This document shows positions 17,045-26,181 of a DNA stretch of 39,483 nt, piece after piece. The first letter of the stretch is position 1. Each line of letters begins with the position of its first letter. The position numbers and the translations under genes are program-made. This stretch comes from Chthonomonadaceae bacterium (GTDB lineage: Bacteria; Armatimonadota; Chthonomonadetes; Chthonomonadales; Chthonomonadaceae), in contig DASRGZ010000010.1 of assembly GCA_035650735.1 (NCBI GenBank), positions 1 through 39,483 of the forward strand. Reading direction: 5' to 3'. The notes under the pieces were generated by a model. It saw only the letters and a program-made list of their open reading frames with translations. It did no database searches and was not told the origin of the DNA.

Positions 17045-17147
17045 CAGGCTGGCTTCACGAGAGGGCGGCAAACAGAGGGTGTCGGGAGCAGGGTGTCGGG
17101 GGTCGGAAAACCGTTCACACAGGCTGGCTTCATAAGAGGGCGGCAAA
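17045..17147. repeat. 28-bp direct repeat (2 mismatches) flanking short GGGTGTC-type heptamer repeats
   Basis: CAGGCTGGCTTCAyrAGAGGGCGGCAAA at 17045-17072 and 17120-17147. Confidence 0.65.
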
Positions 17148-17150
17148 GGC

Positions 17151-18035
17151 ATGGCGCAGAGCGTTTCCGGGTTAAGGCGTTCGGGCGGACAGGCATTGCT
17201 CCTGGCAGCATTAGTAGGGCTGTTGGGGCTGTCGCTCGTGCCGTTCGGGATGATGGTCGTGATGTCCCTGAAGAGCAACGCCCAGATTTTCGCCCATTTC
17301 TGGGAACTGCCGCATCCGGCGCGCTGGGACTTCTACGCGCGGGCCTACTCTGCGCTCGTCGGCTACATCCTCAACACGCTGATTGTGGCGGCGGCGACCG
17401 TCCTCGGCGTGCTGGTCCTCTCCTCGATGGCCGGCTACACTTTCGCCCGCCACCGCTTCCCCGGACGCGAGGGACTGTACTACCTCATCCTGGCCCTGCT
17501 GATGATCCCCGGCGTCCTGACCCTCATTCCCACGTATGCCCTGGTCAAAGCCATTCAGCTTCCGGCCCTGCATATCGGGGCGTGGACCTTCGGGCCGTTT
17601 GCGCTCTTAAACACGCGCTGGGCGCTGATCCTGCCTTATATCTCCGGCGGGCAGGTCTTCGGCATCCTGCTCTGCCGCAGCTTCTTCCAGTCCTTGCCGG
17701 AGGAACTGTTCGAGGCGGCGCGGCTGGACGGCGCGGCGGAACTCGACGTCTACCGGCGCATCGCCCTGCCGCTCTCCCGACCTATCCTGGCGACCGTCGC
17801 CATCATGACGGTACTCTCCGTCTATAACGACTACATCTGGCCGCTGGTCGCCCTCAGCGATAGCTCCCTTCAGACCTTCTCCGTCGGCGTGACCAAGTTC
17901 GCGGGCGAGTTCAACCTGGACTACGGCCCGACGCTGGCCGGTTACGTCCTGGGCAGCCTCCCATTGCTGCTGCTGTTTGCCCTCGGAATGCGGCAGTTTA
18001 TCCAGGGCATCACCGCCGGGGCGCTCAAAGCCTGA
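17151..18035 (+). CDS. Carbohydrate ABC transporter permease 2
   Basis: AGYTFARHRFPGR, LPEELFEAARLDGA, NDYIWPL, QFIQGITAGALK. Confidence 0.93.
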   Translation: MAQSVSGLRRSGGQALLLAALVGLLGLSLVPFGMMVVMSLKSNAQIFAHFWELPHPARWDFYARAYSALVGYILNTLIVAAATVLGVLVLSSMAGYTFARHRFPGREGLYYLILALLMIPGVLTLIPTYALVKAIQLPALHIGAWTFGPFALLNTRWALILPYISGGQVFGILLCRSFFQSLPEELFEAARLDGAAELDVYRRIALPLSRPILATVAIMTVLSVYNDYIWPLVALSDSSLQTFSVGVTKFAGEFNLDYGPTLAGYVLGSLPLLLLFALGMRQFIQGITAGALKA

Positions 18036-18062
18036 CTCCATCCAAAAGGAAATGGTGATACG

Positions 18063-19847
18063 ATGATGCGGTGCGATCCTCTGTCTCTCCTCCTGACCTG
18101 CGCGATGGTTCCTCTCTTCCTGATAGCCGTGACCGGAACCGCCTCCGCTTCCAAGCCCAAACCCGACGCGCGCGATACCTATAGCGATACCTGGACGGCC
18201 ACCGATGCCCTGGGCCGCACGCTGCCCGGTTTTGCGGAGTGCGGCCCGCCGCGACCGGGTAAGTTCGTCGGTATTTTCTACTTCCTCTGGCAGGACAAAC
18301 AGCACGATAACGGCCACCTCTACGATAACTCGAAGCTGCTGGCGGCCAACCCGACCCATCCGCAGTACGGGCCGGAACACGCCTTCCACTGGTGGGGCGA
18401 GCCGCATCTGGGCTACTACCTGTCCAACGACGAGTTTGTTATTCGCAAGCACGCGCAGATGCTGGCGGATGCGGGCGTGGATGTGATCGTCTTCGATGTG
18501 ACCAACGCCCTCACCTACGATGAGGACTACCTGACCCTTTGCCGGGTGTACGAGCAGATACGCAAGACCGAGCGTGCGACGCCGCAGATCGCCTTCCTGG
18601 CCAACACGGACAGCGCGAAGGTCGTGCGGCATCTCTACGAAACGTTCTACTCCAAAAACCTCTACCCCGACCTCTGGTTCCGGTGGAAGGGCAAGCCGCT
18701 GCTGATGGCCCCCTCGGAGGGGCTGAGTCCGGAGATCAAGAACTTCTTCACCCTCCGCCAGTCGTGGGCCTGGACCGACCCGAACGGCTGGTTCGGCAAC
18801 GGCAAGGACAAATGGCCCTGGCTGGACCACTATCCGCAGAAGCCGGGCTGGCATGACGCGCCCAACAAGCCGGAAGAGATCGCCGTCTGCACCGCCCAGC
18901 ACGCGACCTCCAACATCGGGCGCAGCTTCCACGACGGCAAGGAGCCGCCGCCCGATCAGATCGCGCCGGAACAGGGCCTCTGCTTCGCCGAGCAGTGGCG
19001 GCGCGCCCTGGAGGTAGACCCGGAGTTCGTCTTTATCACCGGCTGGAACGAGTGGATCGCGATGAGGTTTGTCGGCAATGGCGGTGAGCACTTTCTGGGG
19101 AAGACGCTTAAGGCGGGCGAGACGTTCTTTGTGGATCAGTACAACCAGGAGTACAGCCGGGACATCGAGCCGATGCGGGGCGGGCATAGCGACAGCTACT
19201 ACTACCAGATGGTCGCCAACATCCGCCGCTTCAAGGGCGTGCGCCCGCGTCCCAAAGCCTCCGCTCCGAAGACGATCCGCATAGACAGCGGCTTCCGGCA
19301 ATGGAACGAGGTCGGGCCGGAGTTTCTGGACGATGTGGAGGATACGGCGCATCGCAATCATCCAGGGTGGGGCGGCACGGGGCCTTATATTAACACGACC
19401 GGGCGGAACGATTTTGACGTGCTGAAGGTAGCGCGCGATAACACGTACCTCTACTTCTACGTCCGCACCCGCCAGCCGATCACGCCGCCCGAAGGCGAGA
19501 ACTGGATGCTGCTCCTGATCAATAGCGATGGCGATGCGCACACCGGCTGGGAGGGCTACGACTTTATTCTCAACCGTACCCGGCGGGACGCCTCCACCTG
19601 TGTTCTGGAGCGGAATGTGGGCGGCTGGAAATGGGAGCCGGTGGCCGACGTGCCGTTCAAAGTCGTCGGCAGGGAGATGCACCTGGCCGTGCCGCGCGCC
19701 GCGCTGGGGCTGGAGCCGCACAAAGGCCCGCTCCACCTCGAGTTCAAATGGGCGGATAACGTTCCCGCCTCCGGCAACATCCTGGACTTTATAGACCAGG
19801 GCGATGTCGCCCCGAATGGGCGCTTCAACTACCGCTATGAGGAATGA
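18063..19847 (+). CDS. Secreted putative glycoside hydrolase (GH99/GH71-like TIM barrel plus C-terminal beta domain)
   Basis: Signal peptide; VGIFYFLW, HWWGEP.LGYY.S.D..VIRKHAQMLADAGVD, GKPLL, FITGWNEW, DIEP. Confidence 0.65.
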   Translation: MMRCDPLSLLLTCAMVPLFLIAVTGTASASKPKPDARDTYSDTWTATDALGRTLPGFAECGPPRPGKFVGIFYFLWQDKQHDNGHLYDNSKLLAANPTHPQYGPEHAFHWWGEPHLGYYLSNDEFVIRKHAQMLADAGVDVIVFDVTNALTYDEDYLTLCRVYEQIRKTERATPQIAFLANTDSAKVVRHLYETFYSKNLYPDLWFRWKGKPLLMAPSEGLSPEIKNFFTLRQSWAWTDPNGWFGNGKDKWPWLDHYPQKPGWHDAPNKPEEIAVCTAQHATSNIGRSFHDGKEPPPDQIAPEQGLCFAEQWRRALEVDPEFVFITGWNEWIAMRFVGNGGEHFLGKTLKAGETFFVDQYNQEYSRDIEPMRGGHSDSYYYQMVANIRRFKGVRPRPKASAPKTIRIDSGFRQWNEVGPEFLDDVEDTAHRNHPGWGGTGPYINTTGRNDFDVLKVARDNTYLYFYVRTRQPITPPEGENWMLLLINSDGDAHTGWEGYDFILNRTRRDASTCVLERNVGGWKWEPVADVPFKVVGREMHLAVPRAALGLEPHKGPLHLEFKWADNVPASGNILDFIDQGDVAPNGRFNYRYEE

Positions 19848-19935
19848 GGGCTGGCTGTGTCCGCGAGAGGAATTATGGACCTACACCGGAGCCAAGTAAG
19901 CTGACAGAGAAACCAGTTAACAGTCGCCCCCTGCC

Positions 19936-20120
19936 CTTGCCGGGCATTGAAAATACCCGGCTTGAGGGCCTACGGCCAAGCGCCCTCGCGGACGCCCTGT
20001 CGCGGCAGGTTCTTCCTGCTCTACGAAGGCAGCCACCTGCCGATAGGCCGGTTGTTCCGTCCGGTAGGACGGTTGGCGGCAGAGCCGCCCTAGAGCCGGG
20101 TACTTTCAGTGCCCGGCAAG
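19936..20120. repeat. Inverted pair of 27-bp REP-like palindromes
   Basis: CTTGCCGGGCATTGAAAATACCCGGCT (19936-19962) vs reverse complement of 20094-20120, 25/27. Confidence 0.8.
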
Positions 20121-20212
20121 CGTCTATGAGAACACTGTATGTCCAAGATCGACTAAACTGGACATATCCGGTATGCTATCTTTACGGAATGACTGGCAGA
20201 AAGGATAACCTG

Positions 20213-20513
20213 ATAAACGTACACCTGACCCCCCGAACTCGAACAGATCATACAAAGCCAGGTACAAAGTGGACGCTATAATTCCGCGAGCGAGGTCGTG
20301 CGCGAGGCCCTGCGGCTGATGGAGGAGCGCGACCAGATCAAAGCCATGCAGAAAGAGGAACTCCCCAAGAAGATTGAGGCAGGGCTTAAATCGCTGGAAG
20401 AGGGCAAAGGTGTTGACGGTGAAGCCGTGTTTGCCCGTATAGAAGCCGAACCTGATGAAGAAATCCGCGCCGAGGACCAGAAAGCTGAGCGGGAACGGAA
20501 CAGGCATAACTGA
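20213..20513 (+). pseudogene. ParD/CC2985-family antitoxin, frameshifted, no toxin partner
   Basis: (I)NVHLTP / ELEQIIQSQVQSGRYNSASEVVREALRLMEERD; ATA in place of ATG at 20213; +1 shift in C6 run 20229-20234. Confidence 0.8.
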
Positions 20514-20538
20514 AACGCTATATCCTTACGTCAGTCCC

Positions 20539-21270
20539 TTATCCGTCGGTGCGGATGTCGCGCAAGTACTTGCAGTGCCCATCGAGGAAGAGGCGGTTGC
20601 GTCCGCCGAAGTGGACGGCATGGCCGCGCAGATTAGCAGGGATCGACTTGATCGTACGGGGGAAATAGGGGTCTACGGCCAGTTCCACATCGGCAGGGCC
20701 ATCCGGCATCCCGGCTTGGGGATTGTTGGCCGCGCGCAGATCGTCCACCGCCTGCAACTCGGTCTTGCCCCAGAGGTCGTCGAGCGGGATGGGATCGTCC
20801 GGGCGGTCGAAGCGCCAGAGCCAGTAGTAGGTCGTGGGCGCGTCCGGGGCCGGAGAGATTTTCTGGGCAACCTGGGGAGCGTTTCCAAGCGCAGAGCCGG
20901 CCACGCTGGGGCATATCCAGAGGGCGTCATTGTGCGTGTAAGGGGAGAGCACGACGGCGGCCCAGCCCGCGCGGGGATCGGAGGGCGGCCACGACGTCCA
21001 GGGACGGTAGCCGCCCGGCAGGCTCAGCTTGAGGTCGCGCCGATCCGGCAGGCGGTCGTCATTATCCTGCACGTAGAGGGCGAAGGCCATGCCGATCTGG
21101 CGCAGATTGCTCAGGCAGGCGGTCTGACGTGCCTTCTCGCGGGCCCTGGAGAGGACGGGAAACAGGATCGCCGCTAGGATCGCAATAATGGCGATCACGA
21201 CGAGCAGCTCGATCAGGGTGAACCCTCCCAGGCTCTTTTTCCACCCGGAGGAATGAAATCGGCCAGGCAT
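20539..21270 (-). CDS. Prepilin-type N-terminal cleavage/methylation protein with DUF1559 and H-X9-DG motif
   Basis: [30 protein letters not shown]...[22 protein letters not shown]. Confidence 0.92.
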   Translation of the reverse strand: MPGRFHSSGWKKSLGGFTLIELLVVIAIIAILAAILFPVLSRAREKARQTACLSNLRQIGMAFALYVQDNDDRLPDRRDLKLSLPGGYRPWTSWPPSDPRAGWAAVVLSPYTHNDALWICPSVAGSALGNAPQVAQKISPAPDAPTTYYWLWRFDRPDDPIPLDDLWGKTELQAVDDLRAANNPQAGMPDGPADVELAVDPYFPRTIKSIPANLRGHAVHFGGRNRLFLDGHCKYLRDIRTDG

Positions 21271-21307
21271 ACTTGCCCTCTTTCTTCAAAAGCATAAGCG
21301 GGAACGA

Positions 21308-21790
21308 TCAGCCGGCGTGACCGGCAGCTTTAGTGGGCACAATGTTGATGGTGCCGTCCATCTCCAGCACGGCAAACCGGATGTCTTTCAGGTCGGCTTG
21401 CTCGCGCTCTCGCAGCGCCTCCTGCACATCGGCCTGCGTGAGCCCGGCGCGGCGCAGGTTCTCTTCAATAAAGTGGCCGTTCTGGATCAGCAGCACCGGC
21501 CCGGCCAGGATAAGATGGCGCAGCCGTCGAGAGCGCAGGCAGAGCAGCGTCAAAACCCGATTAATGAGGAGTAGCGTGGTAGCGCTGACCAGTCCGGCCT
21601 GCAAGCTGGTATTGGCGTTGACCATCGCCGTCTCCACTGCGCTGCCCAAAATGATCACCACCACCAGGTCCACGACCGTCAACTGCCCCAGGGTGCGCCG
21701 GTTTAACGCCCGCAGCGCGAAGATCAAGAAAAGATAGATGGCGGCGGTGTGCAGCGCCACAGGCAGCAGCGGCATCCAGAACGAGCGCAT
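21308..21790 (-). CDS. DUF421 (YetF-like) membrane protein, paralog 1
   Basis: LR..RRTLGQLT..D, PVLLIQNG, LRE, FAVLEMDGTINIVP. Confidence 0.9.
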   Translation of the reverse strand: MRSFWMPLLPVALHTAAIYLFLIFALRALNRRTLGQLTVVDLVVVIILGSAVETAMVNANTSLQAGLVSATTLLLINRVLTLLCLRSRRLRHLILAGPVLLIQNGHFIEENLRRAGLTQADVQEALREREQADLKDIRFAVLEMDGTINIVPTKAAGHAG

Positions 21791-21885
21791 ACGTTTTCCC
21801 CAAAAAGCTTCCCAAGCGCGCGGCCCAGGAACAAACGGCCCGCGAATTTACGCTCCTATATCTGACTCCCGTATCCATAGGAGAC

Positions 21886-22434
21886 GTGCCTATGCTAAAT
21901 CACTGGCTGAATGAGGTCTTATCGCATCCGACGCCCCTGGGCGCGGCGATTATCGTCGGGAGGACGAGCCTGATCTATCTGTTCCTTGTGGCCGGGCTGC
22001 GGCTGCTGGGCAAGCGCGAGCTGGGCCAGATGAACATCTACGATCTGGTGCTGCTCATCGTGCTGGCAAACGCCGTTCAGAACGCGATGGTCGGCGACGA
22101 TACCACGCTCGGCGGCGGGATTATCGCCGCCCTGACGCTGCTGATCCTCAACCGCTTTTTCACGCTGGCCCTGACCCGCTCGCCAAAGCTGGAACGCCTC
22201 ATGTGCGGCGAGCCCGTCCTGCTTGTCAACGACGGACAGCTCCTCACAGACCGCATGCGGCGCGAGGGCATCACGCGCGAGCAGGTGATGGCGGCGCTTC
22301 GGGAGCATGGCCTGAGCCAGCTGGACCAGGTCCATATGGCCGTGCTGGAAGTGGACGGCACGATCAGCGTGGTTCCCCGCGAGGCTGAAGTGCATAAAAC
22401 GCGCCATCACTACCGGGCGCTGCGTCTGCCCTAA
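21886..22434 (+). CDS. DUF421 (YetF-like) membrane protein, paralog 2
   Basis: LRLLGKRELGQMNIYD, GEPVLLVNDG, AVLEVDGTISVVP. Confidence 0.9.
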   Translation: MPMLNHWLNEVLSHPTPLGAAIIVGRTSLIYLFLVAGLRLLGKRELGQMNIYDLVLLIVLANAVQNAMVGDDTTLGGGIIAALTLLILNRFFTLALTRSPKLERLMCGEPVLLVNDGQLLTDRMRREGITREQVMAALREHGLSQLDQVHMAVLEVDGTISVVPREAEVHKTRHHYRALRLP

Positions 22435-22445
22435 CTTGAACATAG

Positions 22446-22628
22446 CCCTCACCCCCTGCCCCCTCTCCCACAGCGTGGGAGAGGGGGCAGGGGGAAGCCG
22501 GGTCCCTCCCTTCCCTTTTAGGGTCGCAAGGTGTCGCGAGGCGGAGGGCCGAATTATTGCAGGCCCGACCCTGGCAGTGGCCCGAACCATTGTAGGGCCG
22601 ACCCTTGCAGTGGGGGACGGGGGTTAGG
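22446..22628. repeat. REP-like palindrome cluster containing the TCGC...GGCAGT element (22524-22611)
   Basis: CCCTCACCCCCTGCCCCCTCTCCCA-CAGCG-TGGGAGAGGGGGCAGGGGG, then an interrupted CCCTTCCC hairpin ending GGGGGTTAGG. Confidence 0.8.
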
Positions 22629-22664
22629 TAAGTCCGCGCAGGGAGGGCTGAGGAGCTTAGCGCT

Positions 22665-23192
22665 ATGACCCGCGCATTTGTCTGGTTTCTCTCTCTAATT
22701 AGCGCCCGGACGGCAATTGTCCTGCTCTTTTTGATCGTGGGGCTGCGGGTGCTGGGCAAGCGCCAGATCGGGCAGATGAACATCTACGATCTGGCGCTGG
22801 TGATGGCGCTCGCCAACGCCGTTCAGAACGCGATGACCGCCGGCAAGGGCGATCTGTCCGTCGGCATCGTTTCGGCGGGGACGCTGCTGCTGATCGGGGC
22901 GGCGCTGACGCTGGTGTTCGTGCGCCTGCCCAGGCTGGAGGAGCGCCTGGTCGGCACGCCGACGCTGCTCATCAATGACGGACATCTTCTGCGGGACCGC
23001 CTGCGTCGTGAGCGCGTGACCGAGGAGGAGGTCATGGCGGCGCTGCGCCGGCATGGGCTTACCGATCCCGGCGAAGCGCTAATGGCCGTGCTGGAGGTAG
23101 ACGGCACGATCAGCGTGGTGCCTAAGACGGCACCGCACCGGCGCACCCGTAAGCGCGTAGCGTCCGGCAAAGCCACCTCACCCCATCCCTAA
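22665..23192 (+). CDS. DUF421 (YetF-like) membrane protein, paralog 3
   Basis: LRVLGKRQIGQMNIYD, GTPTLLINDG, AVLEVDGTISVVP. Confidence 0.9.
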   Translation: MTRAFVWFLSLISARTAIVLLFLIVGLRVLGKRQIGQMNIYDLALVMALANAVQNAMTAGKGDLSVGIVSAGTLLLIGAALTLVFVRLPRLEERLVGTPTLLINDGHLLRDRLRRERVTEEEVMAALRRHGLTDPGEALMAVLEVDGTISVVPKTAPHRRTRKRVASGKATSPHP

Positions 23193-23294
23193 TCCGCAAT
23201 GCACTCCAGGGCAGGATACGCGGAATGGGAGGTCGAAGAAGACGCTGAGTACGCCAGTGCTCGTTGTGCTTGTCGCCTTAAAAGGAGAGAGTAA

Positions 23295-23918
23295 ATGGGC
23301 AAAGTTACCGCGAACATGTCCATATCGCTGGATGGATTTAATTGCCGGACCCAATGATGGCCCTGAGCGGGGCCTGGGCGATGGCGGCGAGCGGCTCCAT
23401 CAGTGGCTGTATGAGCTGGCGACCTGGCGTGAGCCCCACGGCCTCACCGGCGGCCAGGCCAATCGTGATGCTGAGGTTCTTGAGGAATCATTCCAGAATG
23501 CAGGGGCCGTTGTGGTGGACAGACGATTGTACGACCTTACGCGGGGGTGGGGGGAGAACCCTCCCTTTCGTATGCCGGCATTTGTACTTACGCATGAGGC
23601 GCGGGAGAAGGTGGCCAAGGAAGGGGAACGACATTTACCTTCGTCACGGATGGTATTGAAAGCATCCTACAGCAGGCGAAAGCAGCCGCAGGTGACAAAG
23701 ATGTCGCGATAGCAGGCGGCGCGAGTGTCATTCAGCAGGCTTTGCGTGCCGGGCTGCTTGACGAAATAGAGCTTCATCTTGTGCCCATACTGCTCGGCGG
23801 CGGGATAAGATTGTTCGATCATATTGGCCCGAAGCAGATTGAATTGGAGCGCACCAGGGTGATCGAGTCCCCTGAAGTCACGCATCTTAAGTTCCGCATC
23901 CTCAAGGAGAAGTCCTAA
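23295..23918 (+). pseudogene. Dihydrofolate reductase / RibD C-terminal family protein with two frameshifts
   Basis: MGKVTANMSISLDGF / IAGPND...LHQW...FVLTH..KEG / TTFTFVTDG...GDKDV.IAGGA...LLDEI.LHLVPILLGGG.RLF; +1 near 23340, -1 near 23625; RBS AAGGAG. Confidence 0.85.
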
Positions 23919-24011
23919 CGCCGCCTTTGCCGGGCCATGAAAGACCCGTCTGAGTGGCCCGGCTGGATGCGGACGAGACGAGTCATTTATGGCCCGGCTG
24001 CATAACGGGAG

Positions 24012-25949
24012 TTATGTCTTATTGGCGGAGCGGTCCGAGCGCTCCTGGAGAGGAGAGGCGATGCGGTTGAGGCGGCGCAGCGTGCGCTGTAGCGAGATGT
24101 TGCGGGTCGCCTTGTGCGCCTCCTCCAGTCGGCGCGCATGGGCCGAGAGCAGATCGCTGCGCGTGATAATCCCGGTGACGACATAGGGATTGGCCTGCGA
24201 GACGACCGGAAGCCGGCCCACGCCTTCCCGCACCATGTGGTCTGCGGCCTCGCGCAGCGTGTTCTCCTCGAAGATGACCGCCGGCGGGCGCTTGATCAGT
24301 TCGCCTATCCGGCTTTGCGGCGACCGGGCAGGCTCCTGCAAGTTGCGCCGCGTCACCACGCCGATCAGCCGGCCCTGCGCATCCACCACAGGATAGCCCT
24401 GATGCTGGGCTTCCGGCACGCCCGAATCCATCCACGCGCGCACCTGCTCCAGCGTGTCCTCCGCCGAGAGCGTCACCACCTCGCGGGCCGCCGCATCCCG
24501 CACGAGCACCTGCGCCAGGAAGTCGGCGGCGTACTCAGCTGGGACACGGATGCCACGCCGGGCGATCTTCTCGGTCATGATGGTGTTTTCCATCAGCAGG
24601 GCCGACACGAAGTAGGAGGCCGCGCACCCGGCCAGGAGCGGCAGCAGGCCCATCGGCTGAAGCGTCGTCTCAAAGGCGAAGACGACGGAGGCCAGCAGCG
24701 CCCGCGAGGCCCCGGCAAACAGGGCGGCCATTCCCACCAAAGCCGCCACGCGCACGTCAATGCCGGCGTGGGGCAGGAGCGCCGCCGCGAGGCCGCCCAC
24801 CACGGAGCCGAACCCGCCTCCGATGGTGAACAACGGAGCCAGCGTGCCGCCGGAGGTACCGCTGCCCAGCGAGAGCGCCCAGGAGATCAGCTTCATCACG
24901 CACAGGAACAGGACGGCCTGCCCGACCAGCGTGCCGGAGACGATATGCTCGATGTTATCGTAGCCGACGCCCAGCGTGTGCGGGGCGAAATAGCCGACGA
25001 GGCCAACCGCCAGTCCCCCGAGAGCGGGCCACCACATCCAGTGGATGGGCAGATGCTCAAAGCCGTCCTCAATGGCATAGACCAGCCGGGTCACGCCGAC
25101 GGCGGCCAGCCCGGTCAGCAGTCCGAGGAAGATATAGAAGGCGAAGGCGGAGCCGCTTGGCGGCCCCAGATGCGGCATGGGAAAGACCGGCTCCGAGCCG
25201 GTGAACATATAGCGGACGCTCGTGGCCACCGCGCTCGCCAGCGCCACCGGGATGATCGAGCGTGCCCGGAACTCAAACAGCAGCAGCTCGACGGCCAGGA
25301 TAACGGCGGAGACGGGACTGCCGAAGGTCGCGGTCATGCCGGCTGCCGCGCCTGCCGCCAGCAGTATCTTGCGCTCAACGGCGGTAGTGCGCAGAAGCTG
25401 GCCCACCAGGGAGCCGACCGCGCCGCCGGTGGCGATGATCGGGCCCTCCGCGCCGAAGGGGCCACCAGTGCCGATGGCGATGGCGGCAGAAAGGGGCTTC
25501 AGGAACGTCACCCGGGGCGCAATACGGCTCTGGTTGGTCAGCACCTGCTCCATCGCCTCCGGGATGCCGTGCCCGCGAATGGCCTGCGAACCGTAACGCG
25601 CCATGAGGCCCACGATTAAGCCGCCAAGCACGGGCACCAGCAGCACAAAATAGCCCAGGTGGTTATAGGCTGGGGAGACAAACGCTCCTGAGAAGCGTCC
25701 ATAGAAAGCCAGGTTGGTGACCAGCCCGATCAGCGCCGTCAGCGCGCGGGCGATGAGGGCGGCGACCAGAGCGATGCCCATAGCCAGGGCGCTGATCAGC
25801 AGCACGCGGCGATCCACGAGCATGCCCGTGCGGGGCGCGCTCACGCGCGTCAGATCCATATCCATCGAGGGCGCGATGGGCAGCCCGCCGGTGGCGGTGG
25901 GGCGTGTCAGGTTGGGTTGGCCCCGGGACGGGGCGCCATTTTCATCCAT
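24012..25949 (-). CDS. ClC-family chloride channel/antiporter with C-terminal CBS pair
   Basis: GHGIPE, GGPFGAEGP, GTSGGTLAP, two CBS domains. Confidence 0.93.
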   Translation of the reverse strand: MDENGAPSRGQPNLTRPTATGGLPIAPSMDMDLTRVSAPRTGMLVDRRVLLISALAMGIALVAALIARALTALIGLVTNLAFYGRFSGAFVSPAYNHLGYFVLLVPVLGGLIVGLMARYGSQAIRGHGIPEAMEQVLTNQSRIAPRVTFLKPLSAAIAIGTGGPFGAEGPIIATGGAVGSLVGQLLRTTAVERKILLAAGAAAGMTATFGSPVSAVILAVELLLFEFRARSIIPVALASAVATSVRYMFTGSEPVFPMPHLGPPSGSAFAFYIFLGLLTGLAAVGVTRLVYAIEDGFEHLPIHWMWWPALGGLAVGLVGYFAPHTLGVGYDNIEHIVSGTLVGQAVLFLCVMKLISWALSLGSGTSGGTLAPLFTIGGGFGSVVGGLAAALLPHAGIDVRVAALVGMAALFAGASRALLASVVFAFETTLQPMGLLPLLAGCAASYFVSALLMENTIMTEKIARRGIRVPAEYAADFLAQVLVRDAAAREVVTLSAEDTLEQVRAWMDSGVPEAQHQGYPVVDAQGRLIGVVTRRNLQEPARSPQSRIGELIKRPPAVIFEENTLREAADHMVREGVGRLPVVSQANPYVVTGIITRSDLLSAHARRLEEAHKATRNISLQRTLRRLNRIASPLQERSDRSANKT

Positions 25950-26181
25950 CTAAAGTATCCTTCACAAATAGATAACTCCTACTCCACAGCCGGAATTTTG
26001 AGGGCATGTTCTATACTCAGAACTGCCGACAGCTTTGTCTCTATATAAATTATATCCCAATACGATACATTTTGCACAAGCGAAATAGCAAAAATCCTGG
26101 CCCGGCATTTTACGTCGGCAGGAATCGAACGGGCGGTCGGCGAATCAGCGCGCAAATCCCCGTGTTGTTTAGGAGAGGACT

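Noticed and set aside
17607..19736. 709-aa minus-strand ORF, and similar long antisense ORFs at 13614-14852, 24114-25619, 27034-28680, 33331-34902 and 36176-38017
   Set aside because: All overlap well-supported genes on the opposite strand and lack recognisable domains
19844..20281. 145-aa ORF after the glycoside hydrolase
   Set aside because: It runs through REP repeats and the frameshifted antitoxin start; not protein-like
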